Origin: Tagaea sp.
GTDB lineage: Bacteria; Pseudomonadota; Alphaproteobacteria; CACIAM-22H2
Direction: 5' to 3'
DNA length: 64,000 nt
Assembly (NCBI GenBank): GCA_965279525.1
Contig: CBDIIB010000004.1
Location: 672,001-736,000, forward strand
The notes under the pieces were generated by a model. The model was not told where the DNA came from and did no database searches. It saw only the letters and a list, made by a program, of their open reading frames with translations. Position numbers and translations under genes: made by a program. Shown here one piece after another: positions 1 through 10,591 of the stretch. Positions within the stretch are counted from its first letter, which is position 1. Every line of letters begins with the position of its first letter.

Positions 1-1301
1 GCCCACGAGCGGCGCGCTTCGGCCTTCGCCTTGTCCATCGCAGCCGAGAAGCCGTCGGTATCCACGCCCACGCCGCGCGCGCGCAGCACGTCCTGCGTGA
101 GGTCGAGCGGAAAGCCGTAGGTGTCGTAGAGCTTGAACGCGACGTCGCCGGCGAGCTTGTCGCCCTTGCCGAGGCTGCCCGAGGAATCGTCGAGCAGCTT
201 GAGGCCGCGGTCGAGCATGGCCTTGAAGCGCGTCTCCTCGAGCTTCAGCGTCTCGGTCGCCAGTGCCGACGCGCGCACGAGCTCGGGATAGGCCTGGCCC
301 ATCGCGTCGACGAGCGTGGCCACCAGCTTGAACAGCAGCGGTTCCTTGCAGCCGATGATGTGCGCGTGGCGCATCGCGCGGCGCATGATCCGGCGCAGCA
401 CGTAGCCGCGCCCCTCGTTCGACGGCAGCACGCCGTCGGCGATCAGGAAGCAGGCCGAACGCAGATGGTCGGCGATGACGCGGTGCGAGACCGCGTGCGG
501 CCCGTCGGCCGCGACGTTCGAGGCATCGGCCGAGGCGAGGATGATCCGGCGCATCAGGTCGATGTCGTAGTTGTCGTGCTTGCCCTGCAGCACGGCCGTG
601 ATGCGCTCGAGCCCCATGCCCGTGTCGATCGACGGCTTGGGGAGCGACACGCGCTCGCTGGGCGAAACCTGCTCGAACTGCATGAAGACGAGATTCCAGA
701 TCTCGATGAAGCGGTCGCCGTCGGCGTCGGGCGAGCCCGGCGGGCCGCCGGCGATCTTCGGGCCGTGGTCGTAGAAGATCTCCGAGCACGGGCCGCACGG
801 GCCGGTGTCGCCCATCGCCCAGAAATTGTCGGACGTGGCGATGCGGATGATCTTGTCCTCGGACAGGCCCGCGATCTTCTTCCACAGGGCGGCCGCCGCG
901 TCGTCGTCGTGATAGACGGTGACGCACAGCTTGTCCTTGGCGAGGCCGTATTCCTTGGTGATCAGCGTCCAGGCATGTTCGATCGCCTGTTCCTTGAAAT
1001 AGTCGCCGAACGAGAAATTGCCGAGCATCTCGAAGAAGGTGTGGTGGCGCGCGGTGTAGCCCACGTTCTCGAGGTCGTTGTGCTTGCCCCCGGCGCGCAC
1101 GCATTTCTGCGACGTCGCCGCGCGCACGTAGGGGCGCTTCTCCTGGCCGGTGAAGACGTTCTTGAACTGCACCATGCCCGCGTTGGTGAACATCAGCGTC
1201 GGGTCGTTGCGCGGCACGAGCGGCGAGGAAGCCACGACCTGGTGGCCGTTCTTCGCGAAATAATCGAGGAAGGTCTTGCGGACGTCGCTCGCACTCGTCA
1301 T
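1..1301 (-). CDS. alaS: alanine--tRNA ligase, 5' part (runs off window start)
   Basis: Manual translation from ATG at 1301: [20 protein letters not shown]...[15 protein letters not shown]...[17 protein letters not shown]...[19 protein letters not shown]. Not in the ORF track because it is truncated. Confidence 0.98.
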   Translation of the reverse strand, partial: MTSASDVRKTFLDYFAKNGHQVVASSPLVPRNDPTLMFTNAGMVQFKNVFTGQEKRPYVRAATSQKCVRAGGKHNDLENVGYTARHHTFFEMLGNFSFGDYFKEQAIEHAWTLITKEYGLAKDKLCVTVYHDDDAAAALWKKIAGLSEDKIIRIATSDNFWAMGDTGPCGPCSEIFYDHGPKIAGGPPGSPDADGDRFIEIWNLVFMQFEQVSPSERVSLPKPSIDTGMGLERITAVLQGKHDNYDIDLMRRIILASADASNVAADGPHAVSHRVIADHLRSACFLIADGVLPSNEGRGYVLRRIMRRAMRHAHIIGCKEPLLFKLVATLVDAMGQAYPELVRASALATETLKLEETRFKAMLDRGLKLLDDSSGSLGKGDKLAGDVAFKLYDTYGFPLDLTQDVLRARGVGVDTDGFSAAMDKAKAEARRSW

Positions 1302-1420
1302 GGCAGGCTCGCTCTCTAGGCTCGGTAATGCCGGAACAGGCGGCCAGGGGCCGCCGGGCCGAAAAGGGGCCTAGATGTAGCTTCGACGGGCGGGAGTGTC
1401 CAGTTGGGGCGGCCGCACAT

Positions 1421-1472
1421 AAAAACGGGCCGGCGGTCGCAGCACTTCGGGCTTACGCGACGGCCGACCCGC
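1421..1472 (-). terminator. probable intrinsic terminator downstream of recA
   Basis: GC-rich imperfect stem (cgggccggcggtcgc...gcgacggccgacccg) followed on the minus strand by TTTTT. Confidence 0.55.
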
Positions 1473-1584
1473 TATTGACCCGGGATCGATAGGAGATCCG
1501 GGGCCCGATACCGGAATTTCGGAAACAGGAGCCTGGACCGGACGGGTTCGGGGCCACTCTCCCCTCGCCCGTCCGGGCTGGAAT

Positions 1585-2667
<1,083 letters not shown>

Positions 2668-2771
2668 GTTCCGCTCTCCTTATCAGGGGCGCCCCACGCG
2701 GCCAACGCCTGTGGAAATCGCCGTTTGACCATTGGCTGAATAACGTCCCGGAAAAATCCCCGATATCCCAA

Positions 2772-2786
2772 GTACCTCATTTGTTC
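2772..2786 (-). promoter_or_regulatory. alphaproteobacterial LexA (SOS) box 1
   Basis: Plus-strand gtac-ctcattt-gttc = GAAC-N7-GTAC on the recA strand, upstream of recA. Confidence 0.8.
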
Positions 2787-2837
2787 CCTTCAATATCTCG
2801 GCGCGGAACCCATTGGTGCCGCGTCGATATCCGGACA

Positions 2838-2852
2838 GTACCAGTTTTGTTC
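2838..2852 (-). promoter_or_regulatory. alphaproteobacterial LexA (SOS) box 2
   Basis: Plus-strand gtac-cagtttt-gttc = GAAC-N7-GTAC on the recA strand. Confidence 0.8.
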
Positions 2853-2910
2853 TCATATGCAAGTGGAAAAATCGGGCTGCCGAAATCCAGCGATTTCCGG
2901 CCGCCCCCGC

Positions 2911-5900
2911 TCAGCCCCGGGCGGCGGCGGCAGGCGGTGCGAGCCGCTGCCGGTAGCCCGACAGGAACGACTCGAAAGGCGCCAGGGACGACACGCGCGC
3001 CGCGATCGACGCGATGTCGGGCGTCGCTCCGGCCTTGTCGGCCGTCAGCACGCGGAAGACCTCGGCATAAGGCGACTTGCCCATCGCCGGACCGAAGCGT
3101 TCGCGCAGGCGCGCGGTTCCGGCTTCGTCGCTGGCCAGCGCCAGTGCCACGGCCAGATGGAGCGTCTGGCGCGCGCGGTTGTCTTCTATTTGCGCGGTGC
3201 CCGTCGGCGGGTTTCCGACCAGCCGCTCGAGTGCCTGTGCCGCCGGTGCCCAGGCGCGCGTGCGCAGCGCTATTTCGGCGCGCAGCAGGTCGGCATCCGG
3301 TGCCGGATCGCCTTCGAGACGGGCGAGTGCCTCGGGTGCGCGCCCGAGATCGGCCAAGGCGCGCGCGGCCAGTCGCGCGCGTTCGCGGCGCAGCTCGTCC
3401 GACATGCCCGGCACGTCGGACGCGTCGAGCACTTCGAGAGCCGCCTGCGCCTTGCGGTCGAGCAGCCGGATCGCGGCGAGCCGTGTGCCCACCTCGGCGC
3501 GGGGCTGGCCCTGCAGGCGGTTGCGCATCTGGTGGTCGAGCAGGCCGGCCGCCCGGTCGAGCAGGTCGACCGCGACCATCCGCTCGACGAGCTTGCGCAC
3601 CATCTCGTCGCCTTCGGGGCCGTTGGGCACGAGTTCGCGATAATCCTCGAACAGGCCGATCGCCGCGACCGGCGAAAGCCGGTCGGCCGTGCCTTCGAGG
3701 AAGAGCTTGCGGAATTCGCGCCGCACGTCGCCTTCAAGCTCGCCGCGATCGCGCGCCTGCGGGAAGCGCGTGGCCGCTTCGCGCAGGGTCTGCACGCCGA
3801 CGCGGAAATCGCCGGCGGCAAGCTGCGCGCGACCGAGCCGGCGCTGGATGTCGAATTCGAGTTCGTCGCCGCGCCAGGCGAAACGCAGCCGCTCGAGGGC
3901 CGCCACGGTTTCCTGCGGCGAAAGATCGCCCTTGTTCGACTGGAGCTCGATGCGCGCGAGTTCGGCCTGGATGCGCGCCTTGGTGACGGTCCCGAGATCG
4001 AGCGTGCGCCACGCGGCAAGGGCCGCCCGCTCGTCGCCACGCTCGAGCGCGATGCGTCCGCGCAGATAGTCGGCCCGCGCGCGGTCGCCGCGGCTGGGGT
4101 TGTTCGCGATCACCTGGTCCACGCGGCGCTGCGCCGGCTCAAGCTCCTTGCCCGCCAGCCGCGCCTCGGCGATCGCGAGGCCAAGCCGGTTGGCGAAGAC
4201 GGGCGGGAAGCGGTCGGAATTGTCCGTTGCCCGATCGAACTGCAACAGGGCGGCTTGGGAATCGTTCTGCGACATGGCAAGCGCGCCACGCCACAAAGCG
4301 GCTTCGCCTTCCTGATCGAGGCTCGAATGGTTGAGCCAGCGCGCCGCCTCTTCCAGATTGCCGCTGTAGAGTTCGGCCACGCCGCGCATCGCGCGGTTCT
4401 GCGGTCCGTCGAGCAGCTGCGGCCGTTCGTCGCCGATCAGGCGCATGATCGCGTTGGTTTCGGGAAACAGCCCGTGCGCGAAAAGGAAACGCGCCAGTTC
4501 GAGGCGTGCGGCATTGCGCGCGTCGCCCGGCCGCGCGACCGTGATCGCGCGCTCCATTGCCGGAAGGTCCTCGTTGAATTTCGCGGCACCGCCGCGCTGC
4601 CAGGCGGCAAGGTCGAGAAGCGCCCCCTGGCGCAGCGGCGGGGCGCCCGGCGTGCCGATCGCGGTGGGTGCCGTCACGAACAGGGCGCGCGACGATGAAA
4701 TCTCGACGCCGGTGCCGAGCGGGCGGACGGCGACGCTGTCGTCGTCGGGCCGGACGACGGCCCCCTGCACGCTCGCCAGGATCTGGAACTGGGCGTAGCG
4801 CCGCGTATCGGAAAGGCCGATGCCCGCGACGGCCGTCGGCACGACGGCAAGTTCGTCGCCGATCTCGGGATCGCGCAGCCGCAGCACGGTCTGGGCACCC
4901 GGCAGCTCGATCGACACGCGCGCGTCGGCCGGCGTGTCGGGATTGCGGATCACGATGTCGAGCGGCTTCTCGGGCTTGCGCGGCAGGCGGCCGAGTTCGA
5001 CGATCCACGCCGTCCCGTCGCGGCGCACGACGCTGTTGGCGCCGCCGCGCGGGGTCATGCGCAGCACCGTGCCCTGGCTTTCGACGATCTCGACCTCGCC
5101 GAGCAGGTCGCGGATCTGGGCGCCGTCGCGCATCGGCGCAAGGTCGATGTCCACCGGCCGTTCGAACGCGATCCAGAGATTCTGGCCGCGGCCGAAGACG
5201 GCCGCGCCGATCGGCTCGACAAAGCCGAAGCGCAGCGACTGGAAATTCTCTTCGCGAACGATTTCGACCGGCACGCGCCCGCCCAGCGCCGCGACATTCG
5301 CAGGCCCCCGAACGCCGGCCGGCCCTGCCGGCTGGCCAAGCCCGAGCGCCTGCGCCTGCTGCGTGAGAGCCTGGAAGTCAGGCGTTGGCGGACGACCGCC
5401 GGGGCCCGGAGCGGCCGATGCCGCAGGCGGGCCACCCGCACCAGCCGGACCTGCTGCGGCCGGACGCGCCGCACCACCCGCCTGCTGGGCTTGCTGGGCC
5501 TGTTCCTGGCGTGCCTGCGCCTGTGCGGGCGTGGGCAACTGGACCTGCTGCGTCGTCGGCTGGCCCGTCGCGATCGAGCCGTCGCGCACGAAATCGAACA
5601 CCAGGCGCGGACCGGCACGGAAATGACGCAGGCCGATATTCTCGTTGAGCGTGAAGTCGAGCGTCGCCCGGTCGCCGTTGCGGACCGCGCGCACGTTGGC
5701 CGCCGAGTTGCGCAGGCCCGTCGCGATCTGCGCCTGGTTGAGGCCCACGGGCGAACCGAACGTCACGCTGACGTCGCGCCCCTTCTGTTCGACGCGGTAG
5801 TCGAGATCCTCGGGCCAGTCGAAGACGGCCCGGTCGAAACCCTGGTTGTTGCCGAAACGCACGGCAACGCTCGGCCCGGCGGGTGCTGCCGGCGTCGCGG

Positions 5901-6255
5901 CAGGACCGGATGCGGCCGGCGGTGGTGCAACCTGTGCGGCCGGTGCCGCGGCGGCAGCCGGCGGCGGCGGGGGTGTCGTCGGTGCGGATGCCCAGGGTGC
6001 TGAACCGGCGGCCGGCTGCGGTGCTGCCTGCGACGGGCGGAATGGCGGCGGTGTCTCGGCGGGCGTTGCGGCCGGAGCGGCGGCCTCAGGAGAAGCTGCC
6101 GGGGGTGCCGCAGGCGTTGCCGGAAATGCCGACCAAGGCACGCCTTGCGCGCCGGCCGGGATATCGTGCGATGCGAACGCAAGCAGCAGCGCGGCTGTCC
6201 AGATTACCAGCCGCGTCGTGTCACCAAGTCCAGCCCTGTGCGTTCGCGCCGACAT
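2911..6255 (-). CDS. large exported TPR-repeat protein of the flagellar cluster (MotK-like by synteny)
   Basis: Signal-like N-terminus, Pro/Ala-rich linkers, AMIN-like segment (FDRAVFDW), long helical TPR-like C-terminal half; lies downstream of fliL-fliM-motE-cheYZ. Start 6255 or 6276. Confidence 0.75.
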   Translation of the reverse strand: MSARTHRAGLGDTTRLVIWTAALLLAFASHDIPAGAQGVPWSAFPATPAAPPAASPEAAAPAATPAETPPPFRPSQAAPQPAAGSAPWASAPTTPPPPPAAAAAPAAQVAPPPAASGPAATPAAPAGPSVAVRFGNNQGFDRAVFDWPEDLDYRVEQKGRDVSVTFGSPVGLNQAQIATGLRNSAANVRAVRNGDRATLDFTLNENIGLRHFRAGPRLVFDFVRDGSIATGQPTTQQVQLPTPAQAQARQEQAQQAQQAGGAARPAAAGPAGAGGPPAASAAPGPGGRPPTPDFQALTQQAQALGLGQPAGPAGVRGPANVAALGGRVPVEIVREENFQSLRFGFVEPIGAAVFGRGQNLWIAFERPVDIDLAPMRDGAQIRDLLGEVEIVESQGTVLRMTPRGGANSVVRRDGTAWIVELGRLPRKPEKPLDIVIRNPDTPADARVSIELPGAQTVLRLRDPEIGDELAVVPTAVAGIGLSDTRRYAQFQILASVQGAVVRPDDDSVAVRPLGTGVEISSSRALFVTAPTAIGTPGAPPLRQGALLDLAAWQRGGAAKFNEDLPAMERAITVARPGDARNAARLELARFLFAHGLFPETNAIMRLIGDERPQLLDGPQNRAMRGVAELYSGNLEEAARWLNHSSLDQEGEAALWRGALAMSQNDSQAALLQFDRATDNSDRFPPVFANRLGLAIAEARLAGKELEPAQRRVDQVIANNPSRGDRARADYLRGRIALERGDERAALAAWRTLDLGTVTKARIQAELARIELQSNKGDLSPQETVAALERLRFAWRGDELEFDIQRRLGRAQLAAGDFRVGVQTLREAATRFPQARDRGELEGDVRREFRKLFLEGTADRLSPVAAIGLFEDYRELVPNGPEGDEMVRKLVERMVAVDLLDRAAGLLDHQMRNRLQGQPRAEVGTRLAAIRLLDRKAQAALEVLDASDVPGMSDELRRERARLAARALADLGRAPEALARLEGDPAPDADLLRAEIALRTRAWAPAAQALERLVGNPPTGTAQIEDNRARQTLHLAVALALASDEAGTARLRERFGPAMGKSPYAEVFRVLTADKAGATPDIASIAARVSSLAPFESFLSGYRQRLAPPAAAARG

Positions 6256-6370
6256 CGCCACGCGGATGCATCCCATAGGCTTCGTGCGAAGCCGATCTTT
6301 GGCATTTTACACCAAGAATCGCTCCGCTCGAGCTAAGTGCCCGAATCGACACGGATTCTACGCTCTGGAG

Positions 6371-7033
6371 CTACGCCTTGTCGAACAGCGCGTCGATATC
6401 GGCCTGGTTGGGTGCCGCATCGGGCATCTGGGGGCCGTTCAGCAAGGCCGCTTCGCCCGACTTCGCCGCGGTCACGGACCTGCCGGCGTTCAGCACGACC
6501 GGCGGCAGATTGAGGGATTCAAGCAGGCTCGCGACGGTCTGGTCGACCTCCTTGAGGACGGAGACGACCTTCGATATCCGCTGTCCTGTAATGTCCTGGA
6601 AATTGCACGCTTCGTAGATCGCGGTGACATCCGCAAGGATCGCCGCGCCCGGCTCGCCGCCCGCGGCATTCGCGGATTTCTCGATCCGTTCGACCGCATC
6701 AAGGATCGCGTTCGTGGCGCGCTCGGTGGCACCGACGATCGCCGTCAGTTCGTCGCCTGCGGTCGGCAGGTGTTTGGCACGGATGTCCTGCGCGCCGAGA
6801 GCCGCAAGGTCGCGCTTGGCTTCGGCGATGATGCGCGCCAGATGCTCGACGCCGACCGCGACATTGCCGACGGAAACCGCAGCCTTGACGACCCGGCGCA
6901 CCGGCTTGCGCACGGATTTGCGGACAGTTTTGCGGGCTTTCGCTGGGCGCGCCGGTTTCGCCTTCGCGGCCTTGCGGGGCTTGGGTTTCGGCGTGCTGCG
7001 ACGCCGGCGTTGGGCAGACTTGCGTGCGGCCAC
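6371..7033 (-). CDS. cheZ: chemotaxis phosphatase CheZ (alphaproteobacterial type)
   Basis: ELTAIVGATERATNAIL, EACNFQDITGQRI (DxxxQ), C-terminal QADIDALF; follows cheY. Confidence 0.9.
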   Translation of the reverse strand: MAARKSAQRRRRSTPKPKPRKAAKAKPARPAKARKTVRKSVRKPVRRVVKAAVSVGNVAVGVEHLARIIAEAKRDLAALGAQDIRAKHLPTAGDELTAIVGATERATNAILDAVERIEKSANAAGGEPGAAILADVTAIYEACNFQDITGQRISKVVSVLKEVDQTVASLLESLNLPPVVLNAGRSVTAAKSGEAALLNGPQMPDAAPNQADIDALFDKA

Positions 7034-7058
7034 CTTGCCCCCCTTTCGCCCGGAAGGA

Positions 7059-7445
7059 TCAGAAGTCGCCGAGGACGGTGGCGATCTTGCCCTTGAGCGT
7101 CGCGGCGTTGAACGGCTTGACGATGTAGTTGTTGACCCCTGCCTGCTTGGCCGCGATCACGTTCTCGGTCTTGCTCTCGGCAGTGACCATGATGAACGGG
7201 ATGTGCTTGAGCTTGGCATCGGCCCGGACTTCCTGGAGGAGCTGCAGGCCGGTCATCGGCTGCATGTTCCAGTCGGAAATGATCAGCCCGTATTCCTTGC
7301 CCTTCACCTTCTGCAATGCCGATGAGCCGTCCTCGGCTTCGTCGACATTCGTGAACCCGATCTGGTTCAGCAGGTTCTTCACGATCCTGAGCATCGTCTT
7401 GTAGTCGTCGACAATGAGGACGTTCATGCGCAGATCGACGGCCAT
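7059..7445 (-). CDS. cheY: chemotaxis response regulator CheY
   Basis: Single REC domain: LIVDD, ISDWNM, MVTAE, YIVKPF. Confidence 0.95.
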   Translation of the reverse strand: MAVDLRMNVLIVDDYKTMLRIVKNLLNQIGFTNVDEAEDGSSALQKVKGKEYGLIISDWNMQPMTGLQLLQEVRADAKLKHIPFIMVTAESKTENVIAAKQAGVNNYIVKPFNAATLKGKIATVLGDF

Positions 7446-7528
7446 CGTGCTTCTCCCGAACCTTGTCCAAGTTTGTGCGCGCCCGATTCCGGCGCGCGCA
7501 CGCGGACCTTATCCATAAACCTGCCGCG

Positions 7529-7543
7529 TTAAGAGGTTCCTAA
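7529..7543. promoter_or_regulatory. putative CtrA box upstream of cheY
   Basis: ttaa-gaggttc-ctaa, one mismatch to TTAA-N7-TTAA. Confidence 0.55.
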
Positions 7544-7574
7544 TCGAGCGGAAAGAAACGGTAAAGACCGTTCG

Positions 7575-8276
7575 TCAGCCGGCCCGCGCCGGGATTCGCG
7601 AGGGCGACGTGTTCTCGGGCTGCTTGCGCCGCGCGAGTTCAGCGGTAACCTGCTGCGCCCTGATCGGATTCATCTGGGCAAGGATCGGTGCCGCACGGCG
7701 TTCGTTCATCGCCTCGACGATCTCGACGAGCGTCGGCATTTCCATCTGCTCGAAGATGCGGGCGGCCTCGGTCGGCTTCATGTTCTGGAACATGCGCACG
7801 AGGCTGGTCCGGCGCGCCTGCTCCTGCTCGTCATACTTTGCGATGGCGCTCTCGACGGCGGCCTGGAGTGCTTTCAACTCCTCGACCTGCTGTTGTATGC
7901 GGCGCTCGGCGGCCTGGAGAATGGCGCCGCGCTGGTCGAGTTCGGCCTGCCGCTTGTCGATTTCCTCGCGGCGCTTCGAAAGATCCTCGAGCGCCTCGAT
8001 CTCGCCGGGACTGTACGTGCGTTCGCCTTCGCCATCGGAGCGGCCGGGCGGCTGGCGTGCCGGCTCGGGGGCGGCGGCCGGTGCGGGTGCGGCCGCGGGT
8101 GCCTGTGCAAGCTGGACCGGTCGCGGACCTTGCGGCGGTGCGGCAGGCACCGGCCGTGCCGCAGGCGCCTGCTGGGCAACCGCAACGCCGAGATCGCCAA
8201 GGCGCAGCATCAGCAGCAGTGCCGCCACGACGACAAGGACCGGCAGAAGACGGATGCGGTCGATCATTTTCCTCAC
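7575..8276 (-). CDS. MotE/FlbB-like flagellar protein (MgtE N-terminal-like domain)
   Basis: N-terminal hydrophobic segment, coiled coil, MKPTEAARIFEQM...APILAQMNP motif; follows fliM. Confidence 0.8.
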   Translation of the reverse strand: MRKMIDRIRLLPVLVVVAALLLMLRLGDLGVAVAQQAPAARPVPAAPPQGPRPVQLAQAPAAAPAPAAAPEPARQPPGRSDGEGERTYSPGEIEALEDLSKRREEIDKRQAELDQRGAILQAAERRIQQQVEELKALQAAVESAIAKYDEQEQARRTSLVRMFQNMKPTEAARIFEQMEMPTLVEIVEAMNERRAAPILAQMNPIRAQQVTAELARRKQPENTSPSRIPARAG

Positions 8277-8797
8277 GCGCGCGCTCCGGCCTGGGTCCCA
8301 CCCTTGCGACGGTCGGCGATCGCGCGCAGCAGTTCCTGTTCGGCAAGCGATCGGGTCGGCCCGCGCTCCAGCGGCGGTTCTGCCGCACGCATCGGCGGCA
8401 ATTCGTCGCGGGCACGGACTGCGACGTTCGAGAATTCGCGCTCGCGAATGGCGGGCGGCGCCGGCGCTTGCGCGACGGCGCGCGGGCGCAGCACATCGGA
8501 AAGCCGGTCAGCCGTCGGTTCGGCGCGATGCACGAGGATTTCGAGGTCGTCCTTCAGCGAAAGCGCCTTGCGCGTCTGGTCTTCGAGAAGGCGTCCGGAA
8601 GCTTCGCTCGCGGCCTTCAGTTCGGCGATCGCCTCTTCGGCGCGCGTCGCCGCCTTGACGAACTCGGATGTCGCGCGCTGCAGCTCGGCCTTGCCCTCGC
8701 GCCAGTTGCCCAGGCGCTTGTTGAGCAGCATCGCATAGACGATCACCGCCACCATCAGGACGGCGAGGACGCCGTTGAGCGCCAGTTCCAGGCCCAT
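8273..8797 (-). CDS. DUF6468 / PflI-like membrane-anchored coiled-coil protein
   Basis: Starts MGLELALNGVLAVLM (TM helix), then LNKRL and coiled coil; abuts the fliM stop. Confidence 0.7.
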   Translation of the reverse strand: MGLELALNGVLAVLMVAVIVYAMLLNKRLGNWREGKAELQRATSEFVKAATRAEEAIAELKAASEASGRLLEDQTRKALSLKDDLEILVHRAEPTADRLSDVLRPRAVAQAPAPPAIREREFSNVAVRARDELPPMRAAEPPLERGPTRSLAEQELLRAIADRRKGGTQAGARA

Positions 8798-9861
8798 CAC
8801 GATTCCTCGTACTTGTTGATCTTGCGTTCGATCATCACGGCGACGTTCTGGCCGCGCCGCCCCATCCGGCCCTTGAACAGGCTTTCCGGTCCGCACAGCA
8901 CCTTGATCTCGCTTTCGGGCGTGGCGTTGAGCATCAGGCGCGTGCCGACCTTGAAGTCGAGCACGTCCTGCAGCGTCATCACCTGCTCGTCGACGACCGC
9001 GTGGATGTCCACGTCGGTCGCCCAGAGCTCGGTCGCAAGGTGGCCTTCCCAGATCGAGTCACGGCCGAACTTCTCGCCCATGAACTGCTGCAGCAGCATT
9101 TCGCGGACGGGCTCGAGCGTGGCGTAGGGCAGCAGCAGTTCGAGACGGCCGCCGCGGTCTTCCATGTCGATGCGCAGCTTCGCGATGATGGCCGCGTTCG
9201 CCGGGCGCGCGATAGTCGCGAAGCGCGGATTGGTTTCCAGCCGCTCGAAGCGGAAATTGACCTTGCTGATCGGATCGAACGAAGCCGACAGGTCGCCGAG
9301 CACGACGGCGACGAGGCGCTCGACGAGGTTGCGCTCGATGGTCGTGTAGGGCCGGCCTTCGATGCGCATCGCGGCCGTGCCGCGACGCCCGCCGAGCAGC
9401 ACGTCGACGATCGAGTAGATCAGCGCCGAGTCGACCGTCAGCAGGCCGAAATTGTCCCACTGCTCGGCCTTGAACACGGCGAGCATCGCGGGCAGCGGGA
9501 TCGAGTTGACGTAGTCGCCGAAACGGGTGGAGGTGATGACGTCGAGCGACACTTCGACGTTGTCGGACGTGAAATTGCGCAGGCTCGTCGTCAGCATTCG
9601 CACCAGACGGTCGAACACGATTTCGAGCATCGGCAGTCGCTCGTAGGAAACGAGCGCGCTGTTGATGATCGCCTGCATGCCCGACGTGCCGCCGTCGCCG
9701 CCGCCGCCGGCATCGAAACCGAGAAGGGAGTCGATCTCGTCCTGGTTCAGCACGCGCGCGGTCGCGTCGCCGCCACCGCCGCCCTGGTCGCCGCCGCCCT
9801 CCATGGACGCCCATTCGGCGGCCATCTTCTCTTCGTCGGACATGTTGTTCGGGTCGGCCAT
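8797..9861 (-). CDS. fliM: flagellar motor switch protein FliM
   Basis: LNQDEIDSLL CheY-binding peptide, ERLPMLEIVFDRLVR, GRPYTTIE, C-terminal SPOA domain. Confidence 0.97.
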   Translation of the reverse strand: MADPNNMSDEEKMAAEWASMEGGGDQGGGGGDATARVLNQDEIDSLLGFDAGGGGDGGTSGMQAIINSALVSYERLPMLEIVFDRLVRMLTTSLRNFTSDNVEVSLDVITSTRFGDYVNSIPLPAMLAVFKAEQWDNFGLLTVDSALIYSIVDVLLGGRRGTAAMRIEGRPYTTIERNLVERLVAVVLGDLSASFDPISKVNFRFERLETNPRFATIARPANAAIIAKLRIDMEDRGGRLELLLPYATLEPVREMLLQQFMGEKFGRDSIWEGHLATELWATDVDIHAVVDEQVMTLQDVLDFKVGTRLMLNATPESEIKVLCGPESLFKGRMGRRGQNVAVMIERKINKYEES

Positions 9862-9898
9862 CGTCTTCGCCTTTCGGACTTTCTTCGCTAGCGGCGCT

Positions 9899-10435
9899 TC
9901 ACTGGACGAGCATTTCCTTGAACAGCAGATCGTTCACGCGGGCCGGTGCCGCCGAAAGCTGCACGCGCGTGAGGAGTTCCTCGCGCAGCTTCAGGAAGCC
10001 GGACGACCCGCGCAGGTCTTCCGGGCGCAGTTCGCGCAGATAGATCTGGAAGTTGTCGACGATGCGCGGAAGGTTCGCCTCGAAGACGCCCGCGTCTTCC
10101 ATGCTTTTCAGTTCGACCGACAGCGTCAGCTTCAGGAACGACGTGCGCCGTCCGGCACCCGCGTTCAGGTTCACGAGCAGGTCGGGGAGATTGTAATAGA
10201 CGATCTTCTGCGGACCCGTGGGTTCGGGTTCGACATGCGGCTTGTCGGCAACCTGCTCTTCGGGCTTCGGGCCGGAAAAGAGGAAGAAGTACGCGCCGAC
10301 GCCGCCGCCGAGCAGAAGCACGACGGCAGCGCCGATGATGATCAGCAGCTTTCCGGAAAGCAGCTTCTTCTTGGGTTCCGCACCGTCAGCCGGTGCGCCC
10401 TCCTCGCCGCCATCTTTCGCTTCGTCGTCCGCCAT
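9899..10435 (-). CDS. fliL: flagellar basal body-associated protein FliL (copy 1)
   Basis: TM helix, LLVNLN, YLRELRPEDLRGS, LLFKEMLVQ. Confidence 0.93.
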   Translation of the reverse strand: MADDEAKDGGEEGAPADGAEPKKKLLSGKLLIIIGAAVVLLLGGGVGAYFFLFSGPKPEEQVADKPHVEPEPTGPQKIVYYNLPDLLVNLNAGAGRRTSFLKLTLSVELKSMEDAGVFEANLPRIVDNFQIYLRELRPEDLRGSSGFLKLREELLTRVQLSAAPARVNDLLFKEMLVQ

Positions 10436-10467
10436 TGGCATCCTTCAATCCGACCTGTCGAATCTTG

Positions 10468-10526
10468 GCCGGATTTATCTAAACTTCCGAATAATATGCC
10501 AAGCGAAGGTTAACAAGCCGTTATCG
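10468..10526 (-). promoter_or_regulatory. fliL copy 1 promoter with CtrA-like box (10510-10524)
   Basis: ttaa-caagccg-ttat; aligns without gaps to 11145-11203. Confidence 0.65.
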
Positions 10527-10591
10527 TCAACTCGAAACGACGTTAGGTTAGTGACCTAATTAATTAAACGTAAACAATAAAATGCCGAATA

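Noticed and set aside
360-1319. 319-aa plus-strand ORF and the many similar long antisense or alternate-frame ORFs (e.g. 16311-18434, 50995-53979, 55717-57576)
   Set aside because: Shadow ORFs typical of high-GC coding DNA; they overlap well-supported genes and have Arg/Ala/Gly-rich, motif-free translations
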